A stretch of 64,000 bases of DNA from Bacteroidales bacterium UBA4814 (GTDB lineage: Bacteria > Bacteroidota > Bacteroidia > Bacteroidales > UBA7960), in NCBI GenBank assembly GCA_002402465.1, contig DHFW01000049.1:294937-358936 (forward strand). The letters run 5' to 3'. The translations under genes were made by a program, and so were the position numbers. Of the stretch, positions 47,761-55,701 are shown piece after piece. The notes under the pieces were generated by a model that was not told the DNA's origin, did not search any database, and saw only the letters and a list, made by a program, of their open reading frames with translations. Position 1 is the first letter of the stretch; every line of letters starts with the position of its first letter.

Positions 47761-50700
47761 ATGAGAAAACAAACCATTTTGATGTGCGTGATTGCTGTCT
47801 TAAGCCTGCTTATCGGGTCGAATGCAGCATTTGCTCAGGGTATCACAACCGCCTCTGTCGAGGGTACGGTTTTGACCATTACCAGTGAGCCCATGCCCAA
47901 TGCCAACGTGGTTGCCGTTCACCTTCCTTCGGGAACGCGCTATGGCACCATTACCAGGGCAGATGGCCGCTTTAATTTGCCCAACCTCCGGACCGGTGGA
48001 CCTTACGAGATTACTGTCAGCCACGTGGGTTATCAGAACGACCAGGTAAGTGATATTTACCTCTCGCTGGGTGAAACCCGCAGTATGGTATTTTTTATGC
48101 TCGAAGTGGGCGTGGTGCTCGAAGAGGTGGTTATTGCCGGCACCCTCGACCGTGTGTTTAATGCTGGTCGTACAGGTGCCACCACCAACCTCGACAGCGA
48201 AACCATTAACCTGATGCCGACTATTTCGCGCAGCATCAACGACTTTACCCGCCTTAACCCGCAAAGTAACGGAACCAGCTTTGCCGGTCGCGACAACCGC
48301 TTTAACAACTACACCATCGACGGTAACATTTACAATAACAACTTTGGTCTGGGTTCCGGGCAGTTTGCCGGAACCAACCCCATTAGTATTGAAGTTATCG
48401 AAGAAATCCAGGTAAATATTGCTCCTTACGACGTTCGTTCGGGTGGTTTTACCGGTGCCAACGTGAATGCTATTACCAAATCCGGATCCAACGAGTTCCG
48501 TGGTTCGGCCTATTCTTTCCTCAGAAATGAATATATGATTGGCCGCAAAATTGGCGAGCAATCCCTCAACGTTTCCGACGCCGTGACGGAAATTCGTGGC
48601 GCCAGTGTTGGTGGACCGATTATCCGCGACCGCCTTTTCTTCTTTGTTAGTGTGGAACAAGAAGAAGCTTCGGTACCTGGCGACCAGCGCCTTGCCACCC
48701 GCCCCGGGCTTCCGCCCGATGGCCAGAACGTAACCAGGGTGCCCGCCGATCGCATGGACTTTGTAAGGCAGCAAATGATGTCAATATATGGTTATGAAAC
48801 AGGTCCTTACGAAAACTATCCTTTTGCTAACGAGGGCCTGCGTCTTAACTTCAGGGTTGACTTTAACATTAACCGCAACCACCGCCTGGCTGTGCGCCTC
48901 AATCATTACGATGCTTTCCGCGATGTGACCATTAACGGTAACAGCGTTAGAAACGTGACCCGCTATAGTAACACCAACCGTTTTGGTAATGAAGCGCTCA
49001 CCTTCCGCAATGCCAACTATACCGACGATAATACGGTTACCTCACTTGTAGCCGAGCTGAACTCAGTGTTTGGCAACCGTTTTGCCAACAACCTGAACAT
49101 TGGCTACACCACCATTCAGGACCCTACCCGTGGTATTCCCGGCGGACAGGTATTCCCGTTTATTGAAGTTCTGGAGTGGGATGGCGATCCTCCGCCGGCT
49201 GAAACCCTCGGTACTCCCAGGTATTATTTTGCGCTGGGTAACGAACTTTACTCGGTTGGTAACCTGCTTGAAAACGACGTTTTCAATATTACCAATAACT
49301 TCTCGGCATTTATGGGCGCGCATACCCTTACTGCCGGTATAAACTTCGAGTACCAAACCTTTGCCAATGCTTTCAACCCCAATGCGCATACGTTCTATCG
49401 ATTTAACTCTTATCAGAACTTTCTGGATGTGGTTGTAAACAGGCTGCCCGATGCACGCCCCGATGGCTTTGCTATGAGCTATTCTTACAAGGGCAAAGAT
49501 GACCTGCCGCTCGACGAAACGGAATTCGCTCAGCTGGGTGTTTATTTCCAGGACAAGTATCAGGTTAACCGCGACCTTGTGGTTACCGCTGGTCTGCGTG
49601 TGGACCTGCCTTTTTTCCCCATTGATCTGCCCCGCAACCCCAGGCTGGACGCACTTGTAAATGATGGTCTTTATTTTACTGATCCAAGGGATGGCTCTCA
49701 GATAATTCCTGATGTGAGCCAGCTGGCCAAGGCCCGTTTGCTTTTGTCGCCCAGAATTGCCGCCAACTGGGATGTGTTTGGTGACAACTCCCTGCAGGTT
49801 CGTGGTGGTACTGGCCTCTTCTCCGGACGTATTCCCTTTGTATGGATATCCAACCAGGTTAGTGCCAACGGTGTAACCCGCGGTTTAGATGGTTGGGATC
49901 GTTACTCCCTTGTAGGTGGTCAATGGGTTGAGAATGTTTGGGGCGAAGGCGGAAGGCCCGCATGGCAAGGCTTTCAGGCTGACCCCAGCGTGTATAAGCC
50001 CGATCCGGAAACGCTGGATGCTCAGCTTTCAAGAGACATTAACCTTACCGACCGCAACTTTAAATTCCCCCAGGTGTGGCGTACCAACCTGGCAGCTGAC
50101 TACAAACTGCCCTATGGTGTAATTGCTACCCTCGAGGGTATTTACTCGCAGGACTTCAACAGCCCATTGGCAATGAACATAAACCTGGCTGAACCTGCTG
50201 GTTATTTCAGCGGTGCTGACCCCAGACCCTATTTTTCCTCCTACACACAAAACTCCCAGTTCAATGAGGTTATGTATCTGACCAATATTAACGAAGGATA
50301 TTACGCTTCTATTACTGCTCAGCTGCAGAAAGACTTTGGCTCGGGTGTTTATGCCAGCCTTGCCTACACTCGCAGTGTAAGTAAAGACTATGGTCTGATT
50401 GGTGGCTCGCAGGCTGCTTCATTGTGGCCAAACGAAGTAGCCGAGAACCGCAACCAGCCCGAAGTTGGTTACAGCCGCTTCGACCAGCCCAACCGCATTG
50501 TGGGTTACCTCTCGCTCAATACGGCTATTTTTAGCCCCAGGAACACCACTACTTTCTCCCTGTATTACAGTGGGGGCGAAGCCGGTCGTTTCAGCTATGT
50601 GTACGCCGGTAACTTTGGCGACCGTGCTGCCCGTTTGATGTATATTCCCAAAAGTGCAAACGAAGTACGGTTCATTCCCGTAACCATTGCCGGTACTACT

Positions 50701-51126
50701 TACACCCCCGAACAGCAATGGGCTATCCTGAATGATTATATTGAGCAGGATAAATACCTGAGCGCAAACCGTGGAAAAGTTGCCGAACGTAATGGGGCCA
50801 TACTTCCCTGGCTGCACCGTTTCGACTTGCGTATTGCTCAGGATATCGTGTTTACCGGTCTGCCCGATCGTTATAAGCTGCAGTTTACCGTTGATATCCT
50901 CAACTTTGGTAACATGCTCAACAGCGAATGGGGTGTATCCGAAACCACCTGGCAGCGCTCACCCCTTACCTACGCCGGAAGAGATGCTACCGACAACGTT
51001 CCTACTTACAGGCTTACACGGGTAACTGGTGGTCCCGAAGGCGAAATTCCTTACGAGACCTTCAGGCCTATTATCGACATTAACCAGACCTGGAGTCTGC
51101 AGTTAGGTGTTAAATTTATCTTCTAA
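47761..51126 (+). CDS. TonB-dependent outer-membrane receptor, Oar-like (CarboxypepD_reg N-terminal domain)
   Basis: 1121 aa with a signal peptide. The N-terminal domain is GTVLTITSEPMPNANVVAVHLPSGTRYGTITRADGRFNLPNLRTGGPYEITVSHVGY. Plug and barrel follow, and the protein ends ...LGVKFIF. Confidence 0.85.
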   Translation: MRKQTILMCVIAVLSLLIGSNAAFAQGITTASVEGTVLTITSEPMPNANVVAVHLPSGTRYGTITRADGRFNLPNLRTGGPYEITVSHVGYQNDQVSDIYLSLGETRSMVFFMLEVGVVLEEVVIAGTLDRVFNAGRTGATTNLDSETINLMPTISRSINDFTRLNPQSNGTSFAGRDNRFNNYTIDGNIYNNNFGLGSGQFAGTNPISIEVIEEIQVNIAPYDVRSGGFTGANVNAITKSGSNEFRGSAYSFLRNEYMIGRKIGEQSLNVSDAVTEIRGASVGGPIIRDRLFFFVSVEQEEASVPGDQRLATRPGLPPDGQNVTRVPADRMDFVRQQMMSIYGYETGPYENYPFANEGLRLNFRVDFNINRNHRLAVRLNHYDAFRDVTINGNSVRNVTRYSNTNRFGNEALTFRNANYTDDNTVTSLVAELNSVFGNRFANNLNIGYTTIQDPTRGIPGGQVFPFIEVLEWDGDPPPAETLGTPRYYFALGNELYSVGNLLENDVFNITNNFSAFMGAHTLTAGINFEYQTFANAFNPNAHTFYRFNSYQNFLDVVVNRLPDARPDGFAMSYSYKGKDDLPLDETEFAQLGVYFQDKYQVNRDLVVTAGLRVDLPFFPIDLPRNPRLDALVNDGLYFTDPRDGSQIIPDVSQLAKARLLLSPRIAANWDVFGDNSLQVRGGTGLFSGRIPFVWISNQVSANGVTRGLDGWDRYSLVGGQWVENVWGEGGRPAWQGFQADPSVYKPDPETLDAQLSRDINLTDRNFKFPQVWRTNLAADYKLPYGVIATLEGIYSQDFNSPLAMNINLAEPAGYFSGADPRPYFSSYTQNSQFNEVMYLTNINEGYYASITAQLQKDFGSGVYASLAYTRSVSKDYGLIGGSQAASLWPNEVAENRNQPEVGYSRFDQPNRIVGYLSLNTAIFSPRNTTTFSLYYSGGEAGRFSYVYAGNFGDRAARLMYIPKSANEVRFIPVTIAGTTYTPEQQWAILNDYIEQDKYLSANRGKVAERNGAILPWLHRFDLRIAQDIVFTGLPDRYKLQFTVDILNFGNMLNSEWGVSETTWQRSPLTYAGRDATDNVPTYRLTRVTGGPEGEIPYETFRPIIDINQTWSLQLGVKFIF

Positions 51127-51147
51127 GATATTTCTTTAAGATAAGGC

Positions 51148-51189
51148 ACAAGAGGCTGCTCCAAACCGGGGCAGCCTCTTGTATTTTTT
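51148..51189 (+). terminator. Rho-independent terminator
   Basis: ACAAGAGGCTGC pairs with GCAGCCTCTTGT (12-bp stem), followed by ATTTTTT. Confidence 0.7.
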
Positions 51190-51255
51190 ATGGGTTTTAA
51201 AAGTATGTGGTAGTCGTTTTTTCCATTAATTTTGGTCCTCAAAAAAATAGCGGAT

Positions 51256-51756
51256 ATGAATAACAAGGTAACTTCGGCTTTTGTAATTGGCGTTCTGTTT
51301 TTCAGCTTTGCTGCTTGCAAATCAGATGGACTTCCAGGCCGGCAGGATGTGAAAAAGGTACTGGAGCAGCACTTCAACAGGGCAATATACAAGGATTATG
51401 TTGAGGTGCTGGACGTCAGAGTGGTGGAAAAAAGCCAGTCCAACTATATGGACGGAAAGTATGCAGATTTGCTGATTGAGGCCAGAATCAAAGTAAAAAA
51501 AGGTCATGTTATCTCCAAGCGTTATACGGCCACCTCTTTCGATGTAAATGAACAATGGGCCGAAAATTTTGAATCCACGCTGCAAGCGGCCGAATCGGAA
51601 GAGGATCGGCAAAATATCATCAACCTTTTTGAAGCCAATACCTTCAGCGAGGGCGAGCATACCATCGAGGGAACCCTTACATACGCTTTGTTTGAAGAAA
51701 GGTGGCACCTGCTGAGTACTACCCTGTTTCCTGCCATGCTTGAGCGACCCGACTAG
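51256..51756 (+). CDS. Hypothetical lipoprotein
   Basis: MNNKVTSAFVIGVLFFSFAAC has a lipobox Cys. About 166 aa with no recognised domain. Confidence 0.55.
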   Translation: MNNKVTSAFVIGVLFFSFAACKSDGLPGRQDVKKVLEQHFNRAIYKDYVEVLDVRVVEKSQSNYMDGKYADLLIEARIKVKKGHVISKRYTATSFDVNEQWAENFESTLQAAESEEDRQNIINLFEANTFSEGEHTIEGTLTYALFEERWHLLSTTLFPAMLERPD

Positions 51757-51813
51757 CTCATTATTAGTGAATAAAGCTTGTTATTTAGAAAGATTATAAA
51801 TAACTTTGTTTTA

Positions 51814-52287
51814 ATGCGCGAAGTTTCCAAAAATATTCTACTGTTGGTAACTATGCTTGCCTTCGTGGTTTCTGCCACCGGATTCCGCCTGGTGAAGCAT
51901 ACTTGCCCCTCCTGCAATATTGTGGAATATGCGCTGCACAATTCAGCATCATGCTGCGAAACGGAAACTCCAGCTGAAGCACAAGAACCCGTTTCCTGCT
52001 GTACTCCAGTCAAAACCCTTATAACCACTTGTTCAACAGCCTTTTCTTCTGATTCGTGCTGCGAATACGAATCGCAACTCTATGTGATCGAGGAACTGGT
52101 GGCTCCGTCAACTTCTAAGGTGGAGGCTGCTTTTGTAAGTCTGCCGCTGCAAATGATTAAACCGGACCTTTCTGAAAATATTCCAAGCGACCACTTTCTT
52201 GCTGCCTATCAGCGTCCACCGCCCCCTGTCTTATCAGGGACCGAATATCTCGTTTTTCTCCATCAGCTTAAAATAGCTTTCTGTTAA
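51814..52287 (+). CDS. Cys-rich membrane-anchored protein, resembles the Bacteroidota HYC_CC_PP-type small protein family
   Basis: N-terminal TM segment (ILLLVTMLAFVVSA). It is followed by KHTCPSC, SCCETE, SCCTP, SCCEYE and, near the C-terminus, QRPPPPV. The family assignment is from memory and is tentative. Confidence 0.45.
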   Translation: MREVSKNILLLVTMLAFVVSATGFRLVKHTCPSCNIVEYALHNSASCCETETPAEAQEPVSCCTPVKTLITTCSTAFSSDSCCEYESQLYVIEELVAPSTSKVEAAFVSLPLQMIKPDLSENIPSDHFLAAYQRPPPPVLSGTEYLVFLHQLKIAFC

Positions 52288-52392
52288 AACTTGCTGCTTT
52301 TTTGCAGCACCGCAGCAGCCTTTCTTGCAAAAGCCATGAAAGGCATGGCCGTATTGTGTCAAATCAAGTTTTAACCAGAAAAATTTTAAATA

Positions 52393-52794
52393 ATGAAAAC
52401 CATATTATCTTTTTTAGTCACTATTATCCTGATTCTTTTTGCAGGATTTTCCAACCCAATGAATGCCCAGGAGCCCGCGCTTGAAGGCAATGTAGAAACC
52501 GAGATCAAGGTGCTTGGCCTTTGTGGCATGTGCAAGGATCGTATTGAGAAAGCCGCTTACAGTGTAAGGGGCGTGCGTTCGGCCAGCTGGGACCAGCAAA
52601 AAAACTTACTGACGGTTAACTACCGTGCAAACCGCACCAGCCAGGAAGAGATCGAGCGCACCATTGCCAAAGCTGGTCATGATACCGAAAGCTTCATTAC
52701 CGATGAGGAAACTTACAAAAACCTGCACCACTGCTGCAAGTATCCGCGCGATCCTGAAATGCTGAAAAACAACAAAGTCCATAACCAGGAATAA
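52393..52794 (+). CDS. Exported heavy-metal-associated (HMA) domain protein
   Basis: It has a signal peptide (LVTIILILFAGFSNPMNAQ), the HMA metal loop GLCGMCKDRIEKA, and an extra HHCCKYP motif. Confidence 0.75.
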   Translation: MKTILSFLVTIILILFAGFSNPMNAQEPALEGNVETEIKVLGLCGMCKDRIEKAAYSVRGVRSASWDQQKNLLTVNYRANRTSQEEIERTIAKAGHDTESFITDEETYKNLHHCCKYPRDPEMLKNNKVHNQE

Positions 52795-52807
52795 AAATTT
52801 CAGCATT

Positions 52808-53020
52808 ATGGAAAAGACCTTTTCTGTAAGCGGTTTGCACTGCAACGCTTGTGTAAACCGCGTTCAAAAAGCCCTTTCGGGGATGGCAGGCGTGGAGCAA
52901 GTGCAGGTTGACCTTGCATCAGCTACCGTAAAAATCAAGTCAGTGGATGAAATCAAAACGGACGCTATGAATGCCCTTCTGGAGGATTTTGGCGACTACC
53001 GTTTGCACGAAAAAACCTGA
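52808..53020 (+). CDS. CopZ-like cytoplasmic HMA metallochaperone
   Basis: 70 aa with no signal peptide. SGLHCNACVNRV carries the CxxC motif. Confidence 0.75.
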   Translation: MEKTFSVSGLHCNACVNRVQKALSGMAGVEQVQVDLASATVKIKSVDEIKTDAMNALLEDFGDYRLHEKT

Positions 53021-53025
53021 AAACC

Positions 53026-55272
53026 ATGAACCCAAAAATTAAAACACTCATTTTTACCATCCTGACTTTTATTTCAGGAGGATTGTTCTCACAGGGTGGT
53101 ATGTTGAGGGGTGTTGTTTACGAAAGTGAGCCCCATGGAAACCATTTCCATTTAAATCCCCTGATCGGGGCCAATGTGGTTTGGCTGGGTACCACCCGGG
53201 GGGCTGCCACCAACTCTGAAGGCCGCTTTGAATTGGAAAAACCTTCCAGGCTCCCGCACAAACTTGTGGTAAGCTACATTGGCTATGAAAGTGACACATT
53301 GAATATCACAGCTGCTGACACGGAGATCAGCGTTGTGCTGGAGGCTACCCGCAACCTGGATGAAGTGGTGGTGGCCGGACGCCGGCCCGGCACGCATTAC
53401 TCCACGCTGGAGCCCATGCTTACCAATGTAATTACTACCAGCGAACTTCAGCGCGCTGCCTGCTGCAACCTTTCGGAAGCCTTCGAAACCAATGCCTCTA
53501 TTGATGTGTCATACAGCGATGCCGTATCTGGTGCCCAGCAGATACAGCTGCTTGGGCTGGCAGGCATTTACAGCCAGATACTTACTGAAAACATGCCCAC
53601 CTTACGTGGGCTGGGTCAGCCATTCGGACTGAGCTATACGCCCGGACCCTGGATGGAAGCCATTCAGGTGTCGAAAGGTGCCGCCAGCGTTATCAATGGT
53701 TACGAATCCATCACCGGCCAGATCAACGTGGAGCTGAAAAAACCCGAAAGTGCCGAACAGCTGTATTACAACTTCTACGCCAACGACTTTGGCCGCCTCG
53801 AAAGCTCTGTAAATGCGGCAGTAAGGCTAAACCCCCGCTGGCATACAATGGTAATGGCTCACGGTGAGTTGCTCAACAATACCATAGACCACAACCACGA
53901 CACTTTCCTTGACCACCCGCTGGTCAGGAAATTCAATGTGATCAACCGTTACCGCTACGACCGACCGGGAATCATGGAGTCGCAGTTTGGCGTGAGAATC
54001 TTGGAGGAAGGTCGCGAAGGCGGTCAGAAATCATTCTTCCATAACAATGAAGACTGGGGCTCTGACAATTATTACGGATTTGGTATCAACACCCGCAGGT
54101 ATGAAGCCTTTGCCAAAACAGGTTTCTTTTTTCGCAATATGCCCGATGCAAGCCTTGGCACCCAATTCGACTTTTCGCACCACAGCCACGATTCAAATTA
54201 TGGCTTGACTACTTACGATGGCACCCAGAATACCTTTTATGCCAACATACTGTTCGAAAATACCATTGCCCGCAATCCTGACCACCGCTTTACCACCGGG
54301 GTGAGCTTTCTGTTCGATGATTACAGCGAGCTGCTCTCCGACAGTCTTTTTGAGCGCCGCGAGGCCGTGCCGGGTATCTTTGGTCAGTACACCATGAACC
54401 TGGGCGAGGATTTCACTTTCATTGCGGGACTTCGGGCCGACTATCACAATATTTATGGAGGATTCCTTACCCCCCGATTTCACGCACGTTACAAGCTTGG
54501 AGAGCTTACCACTTTTCGGGCTTCGGCTGGTAAGGGCTTCCGCGTGCCTAACCTGATTGCAGAAAATACCGGGCTGCTGGTGAGCAACCGCCGCATCAGG
54601 GTACTCGAAGAGATCCGGCCTGAAAAAGCCTGGAACTATGGTGGAAGCGTATCGCGACAACTTATGGTTTTTGGCAACGATGCTTCCATCACTGCTGAGT
54701 ATTATCGTACCGATTTTCAGAACCAGCTGATTGTGGATGTGGATTCCGATGTGAATGAAGCACGTTTTTACAACCTGAACGGGAAATCTTACGCCAACAA
54801 TTTCCAGGTGGAAATGAGTTTTGAGCCGGTTCGTCGTTTTGAGATTACTACCGCATACAGGTTCACGGATGTGAAGACCACTATAAACGATGTGCTGGAA
54901 GTAAAACCCTTCGTAAATCGCTACAAGGGCCTGCTTTCCGGTTCGTATGCCACGCCCAGCAACCGCTGGCAGTTCGACCTTACCGCTCAGTTCAACGGCC
55001 CGAGCCGCATTCCTTCAACTGACATGCTGCCCGAGCAGTTTCGCATGCCAACTCAGTCGCCGGCCCACACCATGTTGCTGGGGCAGGTTACCTACCGGCT
55101 CAGGGCGTTCGACCTTTACCTGGGTGGAGAGAACCTGACCAACTTTAAACAAATGAACCCCATCATTGCATCGACCGATCCTTTTGGCGATTACTTCGAT
55201 GGCTCCATGATCTGGGGACCAATAATAGGACGAATGTTTTACGCGGGGCTGAGATACTCCATAGACAGGTAA
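53026..55272 (+). CDS. TonB-dependent outer-membrane receptor (CarboxypepD_reg + plug + barrel)
   Basis: 748 aa with a signal peptide. GVVYESE...ANVVWLGTTRGAATNSEGRFEL forms the N-terminal domain; the plug region has DEVVVAGR...TSELQRAA. It starts 5 nt after the preceding HMA gene. Confidence 0.85.
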   Translation: MNPKIKTLIFTILTFISGGLFSQGGMLRGVVYESEPHGNHFHLNPLIGANVVWLGTTRGAATNSEGRFELEKPSRLPHKLVVSYIGYESDTLNITAADTEISVVLEATRNLDEVVVAGRRPGTHYSTLEPMLTNVITTSELQRAACCNLSEAFETNASIDVSYSDAVSGAQQIQLLGLAGIYSQILTENMPTLRGLGQPFGLSYTPGPWMEAIQVSKGAASVINGYESITGQINVELKKPESAEQLYYNFYANDFGRLESSVNAAVRLNPRWHTMVMAHGELLNNTIDHNHDTFLDHPLVRKFNVINRYRYDRPGIMESQFGVRILEEGREGGQKSFFHNNEDWGSDNYYGFGINTRRYEAFAKTGFFFRNMPDASLGTQFDFSHHSHDSNYGLTTYDGTQNTFYANILFENTIARNPDHRFTTGVSFLFDDYSELLSDSLFERREAVPGIFGQYTMNLGEDFTFIAGLRADYHNIYGGFLTPRFHARYKLGELTTFRASAGKGFRVPNLIAENTGLLVSNRRIRVLEEIRPEKAWNYGGSVSRQLMVFGNDASITAEYYRTDFQNQLIVDVDSDVNEARFYNLNGKSYANNFQVEMSFEPVRRFEITTAYRFTDVKTTINDVLEVKPFVNRYKGLLSGSYATPSNRWQFDLTAQFNGPSRIPSTDMLPEQFRMPTQSPAHTMLLGQVTYRLRAFDLYLGGENLTNFKQMNPIIASTDPFGDYFDGSMIWGPIIGRMFYAGLRYSIDR

Positions 55273-55287
55273 ACTTGTTTCTGTTTT

Positions 55288-55379
55288 CTTTTGTGGCTTT
55301 TTGCCTCCTTCGTGAGTTTTGGGTAATTGGTTTTTATGGTTGCACAAAGTTTCGCCAAGAAGGCCCAAAAGCCACAAAG
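55288..55379. repeat. Long imperfect palindrome (REP-like element or terminator) after the second TonB receptor
   Basis: CTTTTGTGGCTTTTTGCCTCCTT (55288-55310) pairs with AAGAAGGCCCAAAAGCCACAAAG (55357-55379). That is about 20 bp with a few mismatches or bulges around a 46-nt loop. Confidence 0.5.
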
Positions 55380-55503
55380 TTTTTGGTCCCTGTCCCTGTT
55401 TTGAAAGTTCTTTTCCGAAAAAAGCTTTTTATTTTTCAGGGATATAGCGTATTTTACAATGAACGGTTTTGATTAGTTTTTAATCAGGAAATCTTTCTTG
55501 TAA

Positions 55504-55701
55504 ATGAAGGAACGGGTGTTGAAAAAGCTTAACGTACTAGCAGATGCTGCCAAGTACGACGTGTCGTGCTCATCGAGCGGCAGCAACCGCCCTGCAAAGG
55601 ATGGCGGGCTGGGCAATGCCGCCCTGGCAAATAGCTTGGCAGCTGGCAGCAGGTTTGGAAAAAAATCGCCAAATTTGTGCGGCCATTGTCCTGCATTATG
55701 A
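55504..55701 (+). pseudogene. Truncated 5' stub of a DNA modification/repair radical-SAM protein gene
   Basis: MKERVLKKLNVLADAAKYDVSCSSSGSNRPAKDGGLGNA matches the characteristic N-terminus (ILADAAKYDVSC-SSG) of a family that is normally about 420 aa. Similarity is lost after about 40-45 codons, and the frame ends inside the uvrC start region. No CxxxCxxC radical-SAM motif follows. Confidence 0.55.
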
